From: Candidatus Latescibacterota bacterium
GTDB taxonomy: Bacteria > Latescibacterota > UBA2968 > UBA8231
NCBI GenBank assembly: GCA_964291625.2
Contig: OZ220089.1
Coordinates: forward strand, 1,952,001 to 2,016,000
Length of the DNA: 64,000 bases
Reading direction: 5' to 3'
How positions within the stretch are numbered: position 1 is the first letter of the stretch; every line of letters begins with the position of its first letter. Shown here in pieces: positions 20,819 to 31,351 of this stretch. The position numbers were made by a program, and so were the translations under genes. The notes below the pieces were generated by a model. It made no database searches and had not been told where the DNA came from. It saw only the letters and a list, made by a program, of their open reading frames with translations.

Positions 20819-21839
20819 ATGCGAATGAAGATCCACGAGGCCCCGGTGCGCTGGGGCATCATCGGCTGCGGCGACGTGACCGAGGTGAAGTCGGGCCCGG
20901 CGCTGCGCAAGGCGGAGGGCTCCGAGCTGGCCGCCGTGATGCGCCGCGACCGCGACAAGGCCCGGGACTACGCCCGGCGCCACGGGGTGCCGCGCTGGTA
21001 CGACGACGCCGGCGCCCTGATCGAGGACGAGGGCGTCGACGCCGTGTACGTGGCGACGCCGCCGGACTCGCACCCCGAGTACACCCTCCGCGCCGCCGCC
21101 GCGGGCAAGCCGGTCTACGTGGAAAAGCCGATGGCGCGCACCGCCGCCGAGTGCGAGGAGATGGTTGAGGCCTGCCGCCGCGCCGGGGTGCCCCTCTTCG
21201 TCGCCTACTACCGCCGCCGCCTGCCCGTGCACGTGAGGGTCGCCGAGTTGCTCGCCCAGGGCGCCGTGGGCGGCGTCCGCACCGTCACCATCCGGCTGTT
21301 CAAGCCCGCCGGCGGCTCCGAGCGCACCCCGGACCGCCGGCCCTGGCGTGTCGATCCGGTCATCGCCGGCGAGGGCGGCCACTTCCACGACCTCGGCTGC
21401 CACCAACTCGACCTCCTCGACTACCTGCTGGGCCCGATCGAGGCGGCCGCCGGAGTGGCCCTGTGCCAGGGCGGCCTCTACGCCTGCCGCGACACGGTGA
21501 CCGCCTCCTGGCGGCACGAGTCGGGGGCCGCCGGCAGCGGCGCCTGGTGCTTCGTTTCCGACGCGTCGAGCCGCGTCGAGGAGATCGAGATCACCGGCGG
21601 CGATGGCCGCCTGCGTTTCGCCGCCTTCGACCTGGAGCGGCCCGTGCGCCTGGAACGTGGTTCCGAGGTGGAGGAGTTCGCCGTGCCCGCGCCTGCCCAC
21701 GTGCAGCAACCCCTCATCCAGAGCGTCGTCGACGACCTGCTCGGCCGCGGCGCCTGTCCCAGCACCGGCGACAGCGCCCTGCGCACGGCCCGAGTGATGG
21801 ACCGCATCCTGGGGCTGGACCAGGGCGAGCGCCGGAGGC

Positions 21840-21868
<29 letters not shown>
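20819..21868 (+). CDS. Gfo/Idh/MocA family oxidoreductase
   Basis: [35 protein letters not shown]. Confidence 0.93.
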
Positions 21869-23209
<1,341 letters not shown>

Positions 23210-23234
<25 letters not shown>

Positions 23235-24520
23235 GAGTCCTTCCCTGGATGCGCCTGCCTGGGCAGGGCGATGGTGAAGCACGCCCCCTCCCCGGGGGCA
23301 CTGTCCACGGTGAGGCGGCCGCCGTGGGCTTCGACGATCTTGCGGGATGTCACCAACCCCAGGCCGGTGCCGTCCTCCTTGGTGGTGAAGAAGGGGGTGA
23401 AGAGCTTGTCGCGGATGTCGGCGGCGATGCCGGCGCCGGAGTCGCGAACGGAGACCCGGGCCCAGTCACCGTCCTCCCCGCGGACCTCGTCGATTCCCAG
23501 GTCGATGGCGCCGCCTTCCGGCATCGCCTGGGCGGCGTTGAGGAGGAGGTTGAGGACAACCTGGCGGAAACGCTCGACATCGACCTGGCCCATGCAGGCG
23601 CGGCCGGGGAAGTCGCGGCGGATGGTCACTCCGGGGCTGCGGCCCTCGGCGTCGACCTCGAAGAAGGCCGCCGCCTCCTCCACGGCGATCGCCAGATCGA
23701 CAGGCTGCGTGTTCAGGTTGAGGGGGCGGGTATAGCTCAGCATGCTGGAGACGATGCGGTTCAGCCGGGCCACGCCCTCGGTGATCTTGCCCACCAGGCG
23801 CCGGTTGGGGTCGTCCGGCGCGAGGTCCCGCTCCAGCAGGCTGGCGAAGCTGGCGATGCCGCCCAGGGGATTGCGGATCTCGTGGGCCACGGTGGCGGCC
23901 ATCTCCCCGAGGGCGGCCAGGGTGTGCATGCGCCGCACCTGGCTCTCCAGGCGCTTGACCTCGGTCAGATCGGTGAAGAACTCGATGGCGCCCAGGACGT
24001 CGCCGTTGCCGTCGCGCACCACGGAGGTGCTGAAGCCGAGAGGGATCGAGCGGCCGTCGGGGAGGCGCAGGTCCTTCTCCCGGTTCTGCAGGCTTTCGCC
24101 CTTGTCGAGAGTGTGGAGGACCGACTCCTCCCTCTCTTCCGGGCGACCCATGACCTCCTCGTAGGCGCGGCCCAGGACCTCGTCCTGCGACCGGCCCGTG
24201 ATCGTTTCGGCGGTACGGTTGAAGAGGGTGATGCGACGGTCGAGGCCGAGGACGAGCAGGCCTCCGGTCATGCTCTCGAGGATATTGTTCAGGTAGTTGC
24301 TGACCCGGTCCTTCTCCTCGAGGCTGTCCCGCAGCTCCCGGTTGGTCTCCTCCAGGCGGGTGTTGAGGAACTCGAACCGTTCCTCGAGCTGCTTGTAGGC
24401 CTCCACGTAGCGCCGCGCCGTGTCCTCGAAGAGCGAGGACGAGGCCGCGAAGGCCTCCTCGAGTGGCATGTCCGCATGGAGCTGGAGCACGCTCTGGGGG
24501 GCGGGTTCGGACGAGGCCAT
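23210..24520 (-). CDS. Cytoplasmic PAS sensor histidine kinase (FleS-like)
   Basis: Coiled N-terminus, PAS domain, H-box [10 protein letters not shown]-box NLLLNA, DSGAGI, FFTTK..GTGLGL. Confidence 0.92.
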
Positions 24521-24678
24521 CGCGCTCCTTGCCATCCGCCGGCCGGAGGGACCGGCGGCTCGGCTGCTTCTCGCGGCGGCCCGGCGGGCCACCGCAGCGC
24601 CGGTGCAAAGGGGATGGCGGGGCCCGGGGGAGGGGCCCGCTCGTGCAGATGGGAGAGCTTCGGGAAGCTCTCCGGCCT

Positions 24679-24936
24679 TCAGCCCTCGGGGGTGGGGGGC
24701 GGCTGCTCCGCGGGGCCTTCCTCGGTGACGACGATGCGGCCGTCGGAGTAGTCGTTGAGGGCGCCCACGGTCGGGTTCGGCGTATCGATCTCGGAACCTT
24801 CGGGAACTTGTCGGAAGCGGCTGTTGATCTCGCGTGCCCTCTGCGAGAGGGCGCGGCAGGCAGCGTAGGAGTTGTCGGTGCCTTCCAGGCTGAAGTCGAC
24901 TTCGCGGTTGAACATCGTACGCTGCGCGTCGGGCAT
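24679..24936 (-). CDS. rpoZ: RNA polymerase omega subunit (divergent)
   Basis: NSYAACRALSQRAREIN...NPTVGALNDYSDGRI matches the omega N.Y...A.RAR.I / KP...AL.E...G.I pattern. Confidence 0.7.
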   Translation of the reverse strand: MPDAQRTMFNREVDFSLEGTDNSYAACRALSQRAREINSRFRQVPEGSEIDTPNPTVGALNDYSDGRIVVTEEGPAEQPPPTPEG

Positions 24937-24997
24937 GTGAATCTCCCTTGTTTGGGTCAACAAGATGCTTCCACCGTTGAACTTAGGGCCATACGCA

Positions 24998-25612
24998 TCA
25001 CTTAGCAAGATCGCGAACAGCAAGATCGGGACCAGGATTCAGCTCGCCGGCGCGGACGGCGAAGGGCAGCCGGTTCTCCTCCGGCGGCAGGGGGCAGATG
25101 TACTCGGGATTGTAGGCGCAGAACGGGTTGTAGGCGAGGTTGAAGTCCAGCACCCAGGTGCCGTCCCCGTCGGCGGCCACCGGCGCGTAGCGGCCGGCCC
25201 CGTAGGTCTGGCCGCCGTTGGTCTCGTCGGTGAAGAACACGCTGAGTCCGGGGTCCTGATCGCTGCCGTAGACCTCGAGCCGGAACGACCGTCCTCCGCG
25301 CTCGAAGAGGAAGCGCCCGAGGCGCTGCACCACGGTGGTGGCGCCGGCGCTGTCGGGCATCGGCAGCCGGCGCACGCGCCCGTAGCGGTGAAACTCCCCG
25401 GGGATGCGCCACGCCGGGTCCACGGGGAAGTAGCGCAGGCCGGGGAAGCCGGCTGCGACCTCCGGCGGCAGCGGCGATTCGGGCCCGTCGCGGAAGAGGC
25501 TGTCCTTCAGGGCCCGGGTCGCCTCGATCTTCTCGTTGAAGGCCTCTCCGCCCGGGGCCGCGCCGGCCCCGCCGACGCCGGCGAGGAGCAGGGCCAGAAG
25601 GGCGAGAACCAC
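24998..25612 (-). CDS. DUF1684 domain protein, exported
   Basis: SPLP..F.GLRYFPVD, FTDETNG..TYGAGRY, LDFNLAYNPFCAYN..CPLPP.EN.L..V.AGE. Start uncertain. Confidence 0.88.
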   Translation of the reverse strand: MVLALLALLLAGVGGAGAAPGGEAFNEKIEATRALKDSLFRDGPESPLPPEVAAGFPGLRYFPVDPAWRIPGEFHRYGRVRRLPMPDSAGATTVVQRLGRFLFERGGRSFRLEVYGSDQDPGLSVFFTDETNGGQTYGAGRYAPVAADGDGTWVLDFNLAYNPFCAYNPEYICPLPPEENRLPFAVRAGELNPGPDLAVRDLAK

Positions 25613-25685
25613 CCACCGACCCGATTGACGCTCGTGGGACGCGGGGGTTAATTCGCCGCCGCCCGCAGCCGGAAAGGGGATACGC

Positions 25686-26459
25686 ATGAGACTGAAGGAT
25701 CGCGTCGCCATCGTCACCGGAGGCAGCTCCGGCATCGGCCGGGGGGTCTGCCAGGAGTTCGCCCGCGAAGGAGCGCGCGTGGTGGTGTCCGACGTCCGCG
25801 AAGCCCCCAGGAAGGGACGGTACCACGAGCAGGACACCACAACCCCCACGGTGGAGGAGATCGCAAAGATCGGCGGGAGGTCGCATTTCGTCCAGGCGGA
25901 CATGGCCGACGAAGGCGCGGTGCGGAACCTCGTGGACGAGGCGGTGAGCACCTTCGGCGGCCTCGACATCATCGTCAACAACGCCGGCATCCACATCCCC
26001 GGCGACACCCAGGGGCTCAGCACCGCCCAGTGGGACCGGGTGGTGGCCGTCAACCTCCGGGGTCCCTTCCTGTTGACGAAGTACGCCGTGCCCCACCTGG
26101 AGCGGTCGTCCGCCGGCCGCGTCATCAACATCGGGTCGGTCAACTCCTTCGCCGGCGGCGGCGGTCCCGCCTACGCGCCGGCCAAGGCGGGGATCGTCAA
26201 CCTCACCAGGGACACCGCCGTGGAGCTCGCCGGCCGCGGCATCACGGCCAACGCCGTCTGCCCCGGGTACATCGAGACGGCGATCCAGGACTACCTGACC
26301 CCGGAGCAGATCGAGGCCAGCCGGGAGGCCACCCCCCTGCCCCGCTTCGGCCGGCCCCGCGACATCGGCCGTGCCTGCGTGTTCTTCGCCTCCGACGACG
26401 CCGAGTGGATCACCGGCACCGCCCTGCCCGTGGACGGGGGCTGGCTGGCCCCCATCTGA
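25686..26459 (+). CDS. Short-chain dehydrogenase/reductase
   Basis: TGGSSGIG, VNNAG, YAPAK, CPGYIET, VDGG. Confidence 0.95.
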   Translation: MRLKDRVAIVTGGSSGIGRGVCQEFAREGARVVVSDVREAPRKGRYHEQDTTTPTVEEIAKIGGRSHFVQADMADEGAVRNLVDEAVSTFGGLDIIVNNAGIHIPGDTQGLSTAQWDRVVAVNLRGPFLLTKYAVPHLERSSAGRVINIGSVNSFAGGGGPAYAPAKAGIVNLTRDTAVELAGRGITANAVCPGYIETAIQDYLTPEQIEASREATPLPRFGRPRDIGRACVFFASDDAEWITGTALPVDGGWLAPI

Positions 26460-26557
26460 CCTGCGCCCCCGCCGCACAACGCCAGGGAGAGCCTGGACCG
26501 CGGCAGGGCGTCCTCCAAAGGGGGTGTTCATGATGACCTCCCGGTCCGCCCAGCGGA

Positions 26558-26585
26558 TTGACACCGCCGACCCGGGACCTACATT
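26558..26585 (+). promoter_or_regulatory. Putative sigma-70 promoter
   Basis: TTGACA-N16-TACATT upstream of the ATG at 26657. Confidence 0.45.
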
Positions 26586-26656
26586 GGCCTGTCAAGTCGA
26601 AGGGGACCGGCACTCGTCCCCCGCACGGTTTCCGGCGCAAGATCGACGAGCCGCCC

Positions 26657-27754
26657 ATGATTCTGGTGAACCGGCACACGCGGGCCGGTGAAGCCCCCTT
26701 TCAGGCCACCCTGCGCATCGAGCCCTCCTCCCGCGTCGACTTGATCGACGTGCGGGGCAAGCTCCGCGAGGAGTTCGGGTCGGATTTCACCAAGTATCCC
26801 CGGGCCCTGTACATCTCCGATCACACCACGGCCGGCTACCTGGACCAGCGCCTGGCGGAGGTCTTCGACCACGACGGCGCCACCATCCAGGACTACCTCA
26901 AGCTCTTCCAGGAGCTCTTCCCCCCCGACGCGGGCTACGTCCACGACGAGTTGGACCGCCGCACCGAGCTCTCCGACAAGGAGCGCGCCACCGAGCCGCG
27001 CAACGCCGACTCCCACCTGACCTTCATGGGGGGGGGGCTCCACACCTCCACCTCCTACGAGCTTCAAGGCGACGAGCCGGTGTGGTTCGTGGAACTGGAC
27101 GGCGTCCACGTGGGCGGCACCCGGCAGCGCCGCACCACGGTGGTCGCCTACAAGGGCGAGGAGGAGGTGACCCGCATCCAGGTGCCGGTGACGGCCTCGC
27201 CCCACGCCATCGACGCCCAGAACCTGCGCGACCCCGCTCTCGGCTTCATCGGCCAGCTGGAGAGCCTGGCGCGGGAGCACAAGGTCTCCTTCGGCCGCTT
27301 CGACATCTCCCTGCCCCCCGCGGACCGCAACGCGGGTCTCACGGTGAACGAGTACGAGACCCTGCTCATGACCCACGACTTGCGGGAGGTCCTCGCCAAC
27401 CCCTTCCGCTACATGGCGCGCATGGGCCGGGGCGCCCTGCAGGTTCCCCGGAGCATACCGGCAAAAGCCCTCAACTACGCCCAGTACGACGCGGTGCAGA
27501 TCTTCAACACGATCCTCGACCGCGCCGGCATGCGACACTCGATGGTGGAGAGAGTGGTCAACCGGGCGCTGGCGCTCCCGGTCTCCCATTTCCTGCGGAT
27601 GAAGCGGGGGATCAGCCTGCCGGTCCTCGACCGCGAGTCCAACGGCGCCGGCGAGATCGGCTGGGGCACCTACCAGAGCCCGATCCTGGTCCAGTGGAAC
27701 GAGCCCGGCGGCTCCACCCGGGCGCTGGACGTCAGGCTGGTGCGGTTCGTGTAG
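26657..27754 (+). CDS. Tandem YjbQ/UPF0047-like domain protein
   Basis: N-half has HTTAG, YVHD, NADSHL, ELDG..R.R. C-half has AGLTVNEYE..L..DL, ISLPV, GTYQ..I..W...R. Confidence 0.65.
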   Translation: MILVNRHTRAGEAPFQATLRIEPSSRVDLIDVRGKLREEFGSDFTKYPRALYISDHTTAGYLDQRLAEVFDHDGATIQDYLKLFQELFPPDAGYVHDELDRRTELSDKERATEPRNADSHLTFMGGGLHTSTSYELQGDEPVWFVELDGVHVGGTRQRRTTVVAYKGEEEVTRIQVPVTASPHAIDAQNLRDPALGFIGQLESLAREHKVSFGRFDISLPPADRNAGLTVNEYETLLMTHDLREVLANPFRYMARMGRGALQVPRSIPAKALNYAQYDAVQIFNTILDRAGMRHSMVERVVNRALALPVSHFLRMKRGISLPVLDRESNGAGEIGWGTYQSPILVQWNEPGGSTRALDVRLVRFV

Positions 27755-27886
27755 GCCAGACGCAGGCAGGGTCCGGCAGGGGCCCTCCGGCTTCTCGACA
27801 GGTCTCGGTGGTCCTGCGAGGTCGACAGGCCCCGCTGACCAATCCTGTACATCCGTTGAAACCCACAGGGGTGGAGCACGGCCCAA

Positions 27887-30250
27887 GTGCTGAGAACGGC
27901 CATCTCCGCGGTTCTGGGTATCGGCCTGGCGCTGCCGTTGCCGCAGGCATGCGCGCAGAGCGAGAAGAAGATCGATCTCCATGTCGGACTGTTGCTCGAT
28001 GCCCGGCCCCATGAGACCGACTCCGGAAGCGATCTGGAATTCCTCAGGGGGGAGATTCACAGGGTGCTGGGGGCCGAAAGGTCGGTCCACTTCCTCCCGG
28101 AGCACCTGCGCTTCGGCGCGGGGCTGGCGGGCTACCTGTCCCTGGCGAACGATCCCGCCGTCGATCTGATCATCTCCGTGGGGCCGGCGAGCGCGTCGAT
28201 GCTGGCCGCCCAGGGCGGTCTGCCGAAACCGACGATCGCCGTGGGGATCCTCGACGTGGAACTGCAGCGGATGCCGCTGGTCGACCCCGGCGTCTCCGGG
28301 GTCTCCGATTTCACCTATGTCCTCAGCAGCCATGCGATCGAGCAGGACCTGGCGGCGTTCCACCGCATCCATCCTTTCTCTCACCTGGCCGTCATCGTCA
28401 GCGAGAGCCTGAGAGGCCGGCTTGATTTCGAGGGTTTCTTCCAGCGTCTCACCGCCCCCTACGAGGCCGGGGCGGAACTGGTCTTCTGGGGAGCGGACAA
28501 CCCCCTCCCGGTGCTCGGCGGCGCAGTCGACGCGGTCTACCTGACCACTGCATTCGAGAGGCGGCCCGAGGAGATCACCGCCCTGGCCGAGGCCATTGCC
28601 GGGCGCGGGCTGCCTTCCTTCGCCATGAGCCGGGCTTACGTGGATGCGGGCATTATGGGGTGTATCGGCGACCAGAACGCCCGGGACCGGATCGTCCGCA
28701 GCCTGGCCCTGATCGTCGAGGGAGTCGCCCTCGGGGAGGAGCTGGCGTCGATGCCCGTCCAGCAAAACCTCGACGAGCAGTGGGTGCTGAACGCCGCAAC
28801 GGTCCGGCAGATCGGCCTCGACCTCTCTTTCGAAACGCTGTTCTCCGCCCGCTTCCTCAAGGCCGACGAACCGTCCGGGGCTCCGCGCTTCGGTCTGCGG
28901 GAGATCATCGCCGAGGGTTTGCGGAGCAACCTCGACCTGCGCATCGAGAAGAGCCACGTCGATCTGGCCGCGCAGGAGATGCGCAGGGCCAGGTCGTCCC
29001 TGCTGCCCTCCGTGGAGACCTCCGCCACCCTGTTGCAGATCGACCCGGAGGCGGCGGAACGCGCCTTCGGTCAACAGCCGGAGCGCACCGGAAAGGCCAC
29101 CGGTACCGTGCAGCAGGTGCTGTACTCCGAGCCGGCCCTGGCCAACGTGGAGATCCAGCGCTACCTCGCCGAGGCCGCCCGCCATCGAGCCGACCTCGTG
29201 GCCCTGGACGTGGTGCTGAACCTGGCGACGGCCTACTTCGATATCCTGCTGGCCAGGACCGCGGGGCGGATCCAGGACGAGAACCTCGAAGCCTCGCGCC
29301 GCAACCTGAAGATCGCCCGCACCCGCCACGCCGTCGGCTACGCCGGCGTCGCCGACGTGTACCGCTGGGAGAGCGAAGTCGCCCAGGCGACCCAGGCCTC
29401 CATCCAGGCTTTCAATTCCCTGTACCTCGCCAAGGTGCAGCTCAACCGGTTGCTGAACCAGCCCGATATCGGCGAGGAGTTCGAGGTGGAGGATGCCGCG
29501 CTTTCCGACGATCTCTTCAACGGCTTCGACCCGACAGGTATGGGAGATCTGATCCGCCGCGCAGGAGATGTGGAGATCCTGACCGACTTCCTCGTCCAGG
29601 AGGCCCTCGGGAACATGCCTTCGCTGAAACAGCTGGAGGCCAACAGGAAAGCGGCCGAGCGCCGGCAGCGGATGAACTACCGGCAGTACTACCTGCCGTC
29701 GGTGGCCTTGCGGGGGCAGGCCGACTACACCTTCTGGCGCGACGGCCAGGGGATGCCGCAGGCCTCGGCGGCTCCCCTCGATGGGACCTGGAACCTCGCC
29801 CTTCACTTCACCTACCCCCTCTTCCAGGGCAACCAGCGCAAGGTCGCCGTCGACCGGACGGCGGTTCAGCAGCAGCAGCTCCGCCTTCAGGAAGAGAGCT
29901 TGCGGCAACAACTCTCCCAGGCCGTCCGGGTGCGCATGACGAACCTGGTTTCGAGGAGCACCAACATCCACTTTGCCCAGGTGTCCGCCGCCAGCGCCCG
30001 CAAGAGCTTCGAGCTTGTGCAGGATGCCTATGAGAAGGGCCTGCGTGGAATCGCTCCGCTGGTGGATGCCCAGAGAGCCGCCCTCTCCGCCAGCCAGGCC
30101 GAGGCCGGGGCGGTGTACGAGTACCTGGTCAGCTATCTGCAGTTGGAGAACAGTCTGGGAGGTTACACCATGTTCATGACTCCCGATGAGCGGGAAGCCT
30201 TCGTCGGGCGCCTGACGGCGTTCTTCTCCGAGAGAAGAAGGGCCCCATGA
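27887..30250 (+). CDS. TolC-family outer membrane efflux protein with N-terminal substrate-binding-like extension
   Basis: About 330 aa N-terminal alpha/beta region, then OEP repeats (L.E.I..GL..N.DL, LLPSV, AYFDIL, YYLPSV, YPLFQG). Confidence 0.88.
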   Translation: MLRTAISAVLGIGLALPLPQACAQSEKKIDLHVGLLLDARPHETDSGSDLEFLRGEIHRVLGAERSVHFLPEHLRFGAGLAGYLSLANDPAVDLIISVGPASASMLAAQGGLPKPTIAVGILDVELQRMPLVDPGVSGVSDFTYVLSSHAIEQDLAAFHRIHPFSHLAVIVSESLRGRLDFEGFFQRLTAPYEAGAELVFWGADNPLPVLGGAVDAVYLTTAFERRPEEITALAEAIAGRGLPSFAMSRAYVDAGIMGCIGDQNARDRIVRSLALIVEGVALGEELASMPVQQNLDEQWVLNAATVRQIGLDLSFETLFSARFLKADEPSGAPRFGLREIIAEGLRSNLDLRIEKSHVDLAAQEMRRARSSLLPSVETSATLLQIDPEAAERAFGQQPERTGKATGTVQQVLYSEPALANVEIQRYLAEAARHRADLVALDVVLNLATAYFDILLARTAGRIQDENLEASRRNLKIARTRHAVGYAGVADVYRWESEVAQATQASIQAFNSLYLAKVQLNRLLNQPDIGEEFEVEDAALSDDLFNGFDPTGMGDLIRRAGDVEILTDFLVQEALGNMPSLKQLEANRKAAERRQRMNYRQYYLPSVALRGQADYTFWRDGQGMPQASAAPLDGTWNLALHFTYPLFQGNQRKVAVDRTAVQQQQLRLQEESLRQQLSQAVRVRMTNLVSRSTNIHFAQVSAASARKSFELVQDAYEKGLRGIAPLVDAQRAALSASQAEAGAVYEYLVSYLQLENSLGGYTMFMTPDEREAFVGRLTAFFSERRRAP

Positions 30251-31323
30251 AGCGAGGGACGATCAGCACACTTGCCTTCGGTCTGTGGACCGGCTGCGGA
30301 GAGGAGCCGCCGGCCCCCGAACCGGTCCGCCCGGTGAAGTACGCCGAGGTTCGCCCCGCAAGCGCGGTCCTGAGCCAGCGCTTTGCCGGCACCGCCAGGG
30401 CGGGCACCGAAGCCAGGCTCAGCTTCCGGAGCGGAGGGCTCATCGAATCGATCGACGTCAAGGCCGGCGACCGGGTGGAAGCCGGCCAACGTCTCGCCGC
30501 CCTCGACAGCCGGGATGCCGCTCTCGCGTACCAGAAGGCGAGGGCGGCGCTGGAGAACGCCCGGGTGCAGAAAGCCAATGCGCAGTCCAGTCTCACCCGG
30601 GTCCGCCAGCTCTACCAGGCCGACAACGTCTCCCTCGCCGAGTACGAGCAGGCCAAGGCCGGCTATGCCGCCGCCGCGTCCAGCCACGAGTCCGCCGGCA
30701 AGAGCCTGGATCTGCAGGAGCGACAGTTGAAATTCAGCGAGATTCGAGCTCCTGTCGACGGTATCGTGACGGCGGTCCGCTTCGAGGTAAACGAGGTGAT
30801 TCAGGCCGGGGCGCCCCTGGTGGAACTGAGCGCGGGGGAGGATATCGAAATGCAGGTGGGGATTCCCGAGGGCCACATCGCCCGAATCCGGGACGGAGAC
30901 CCCGTGCGCGTGCGTTTCTCGGCCCTTCCCGGGGAGGAGTTCGCCGCCCGGGTGCGGGAACTGTCCTACGCCCTCGATGCATCCAGCACCTATCCCGTCC
31001 GGGTGCGGCTCGACGCCCCCTCCCCGTCCATCCGGCCCGGCATGGCAGGAGATGCGGAGTTTCTGTTCGGCACCGGCGGGCCGGCGGAACCGCTGGTGGT
31101 CCCGATCAAGGCGGTGGGGGAAGACGCCGCCGGGCGGTACGTCTTTGTGATAGGCGGAGTCGACGAGGGCGTGGGGACGGTTCAGCGGCGGACGGTCCGC
31201 GTCGGCAGCCTGGTGGCGGACGGGTTCGTCGTCGAAGGGGGGCTCGCCGAGGGGGAGCTGGTCGCCACGGCAGGCCTCGGGTCCCTGGTGAACGGGATGA
31301 AGGTGCGGCTCCTGCAGGAGTGA
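30247..31323 (+). CDS. RND membrane fusion protein
   Basis: Lipoyl half-motifs SGGLIESIDVKAGDRV..GQ.LA.LD and IRAPVDGIV; RPGM; GL.EGE.V. Confidence 0.95.
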   Translation: MKRGTISTLAFGLWTGCGEEPPAPEPVRPVKYAEVRPASAVLSQRFAGTARAGTEARLSFRSGGLIESIDVKAGDRVEAGQRLAALDSRDAALAYQKARAALENARVQKANAQSSLTRVRQLYQADNVSLAEYEQAKAGYAAAASSHESAGKSLDLQERQLKFSEIRAPVDGIVTAVRFEVNEVIQAGAPLVELSAGEDIEMQVGIPEGHIARIRDGDPVRVRFSALPGEEFAARVRELSYALDASSTYPVRVRLDAPSPSIRPGMAGDAEFLFGTGGPAEPLVVPIKAVGEDAAGRYVFVIGGVDEGVGTVQRRTVRVGSLVADGFVVEGGLAEGELVATAGLGSLVNGMKVRLLQE

Positions 31324-31351
31324 GCAGCCCCCGACCTGACCGCGAGCCACC

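Noticed and set aside
24598-24622. Possible sigma-54 promoter upstream of the FleS-like kinase
   Set aside because: TTGC is present, but the -24 position reads CG rather than GG.
26579-29971. 1130-aa minus-strand ORF
   Set aside because: Antisense to the YjbQ-like and TolC genes, which carry the real motifs.
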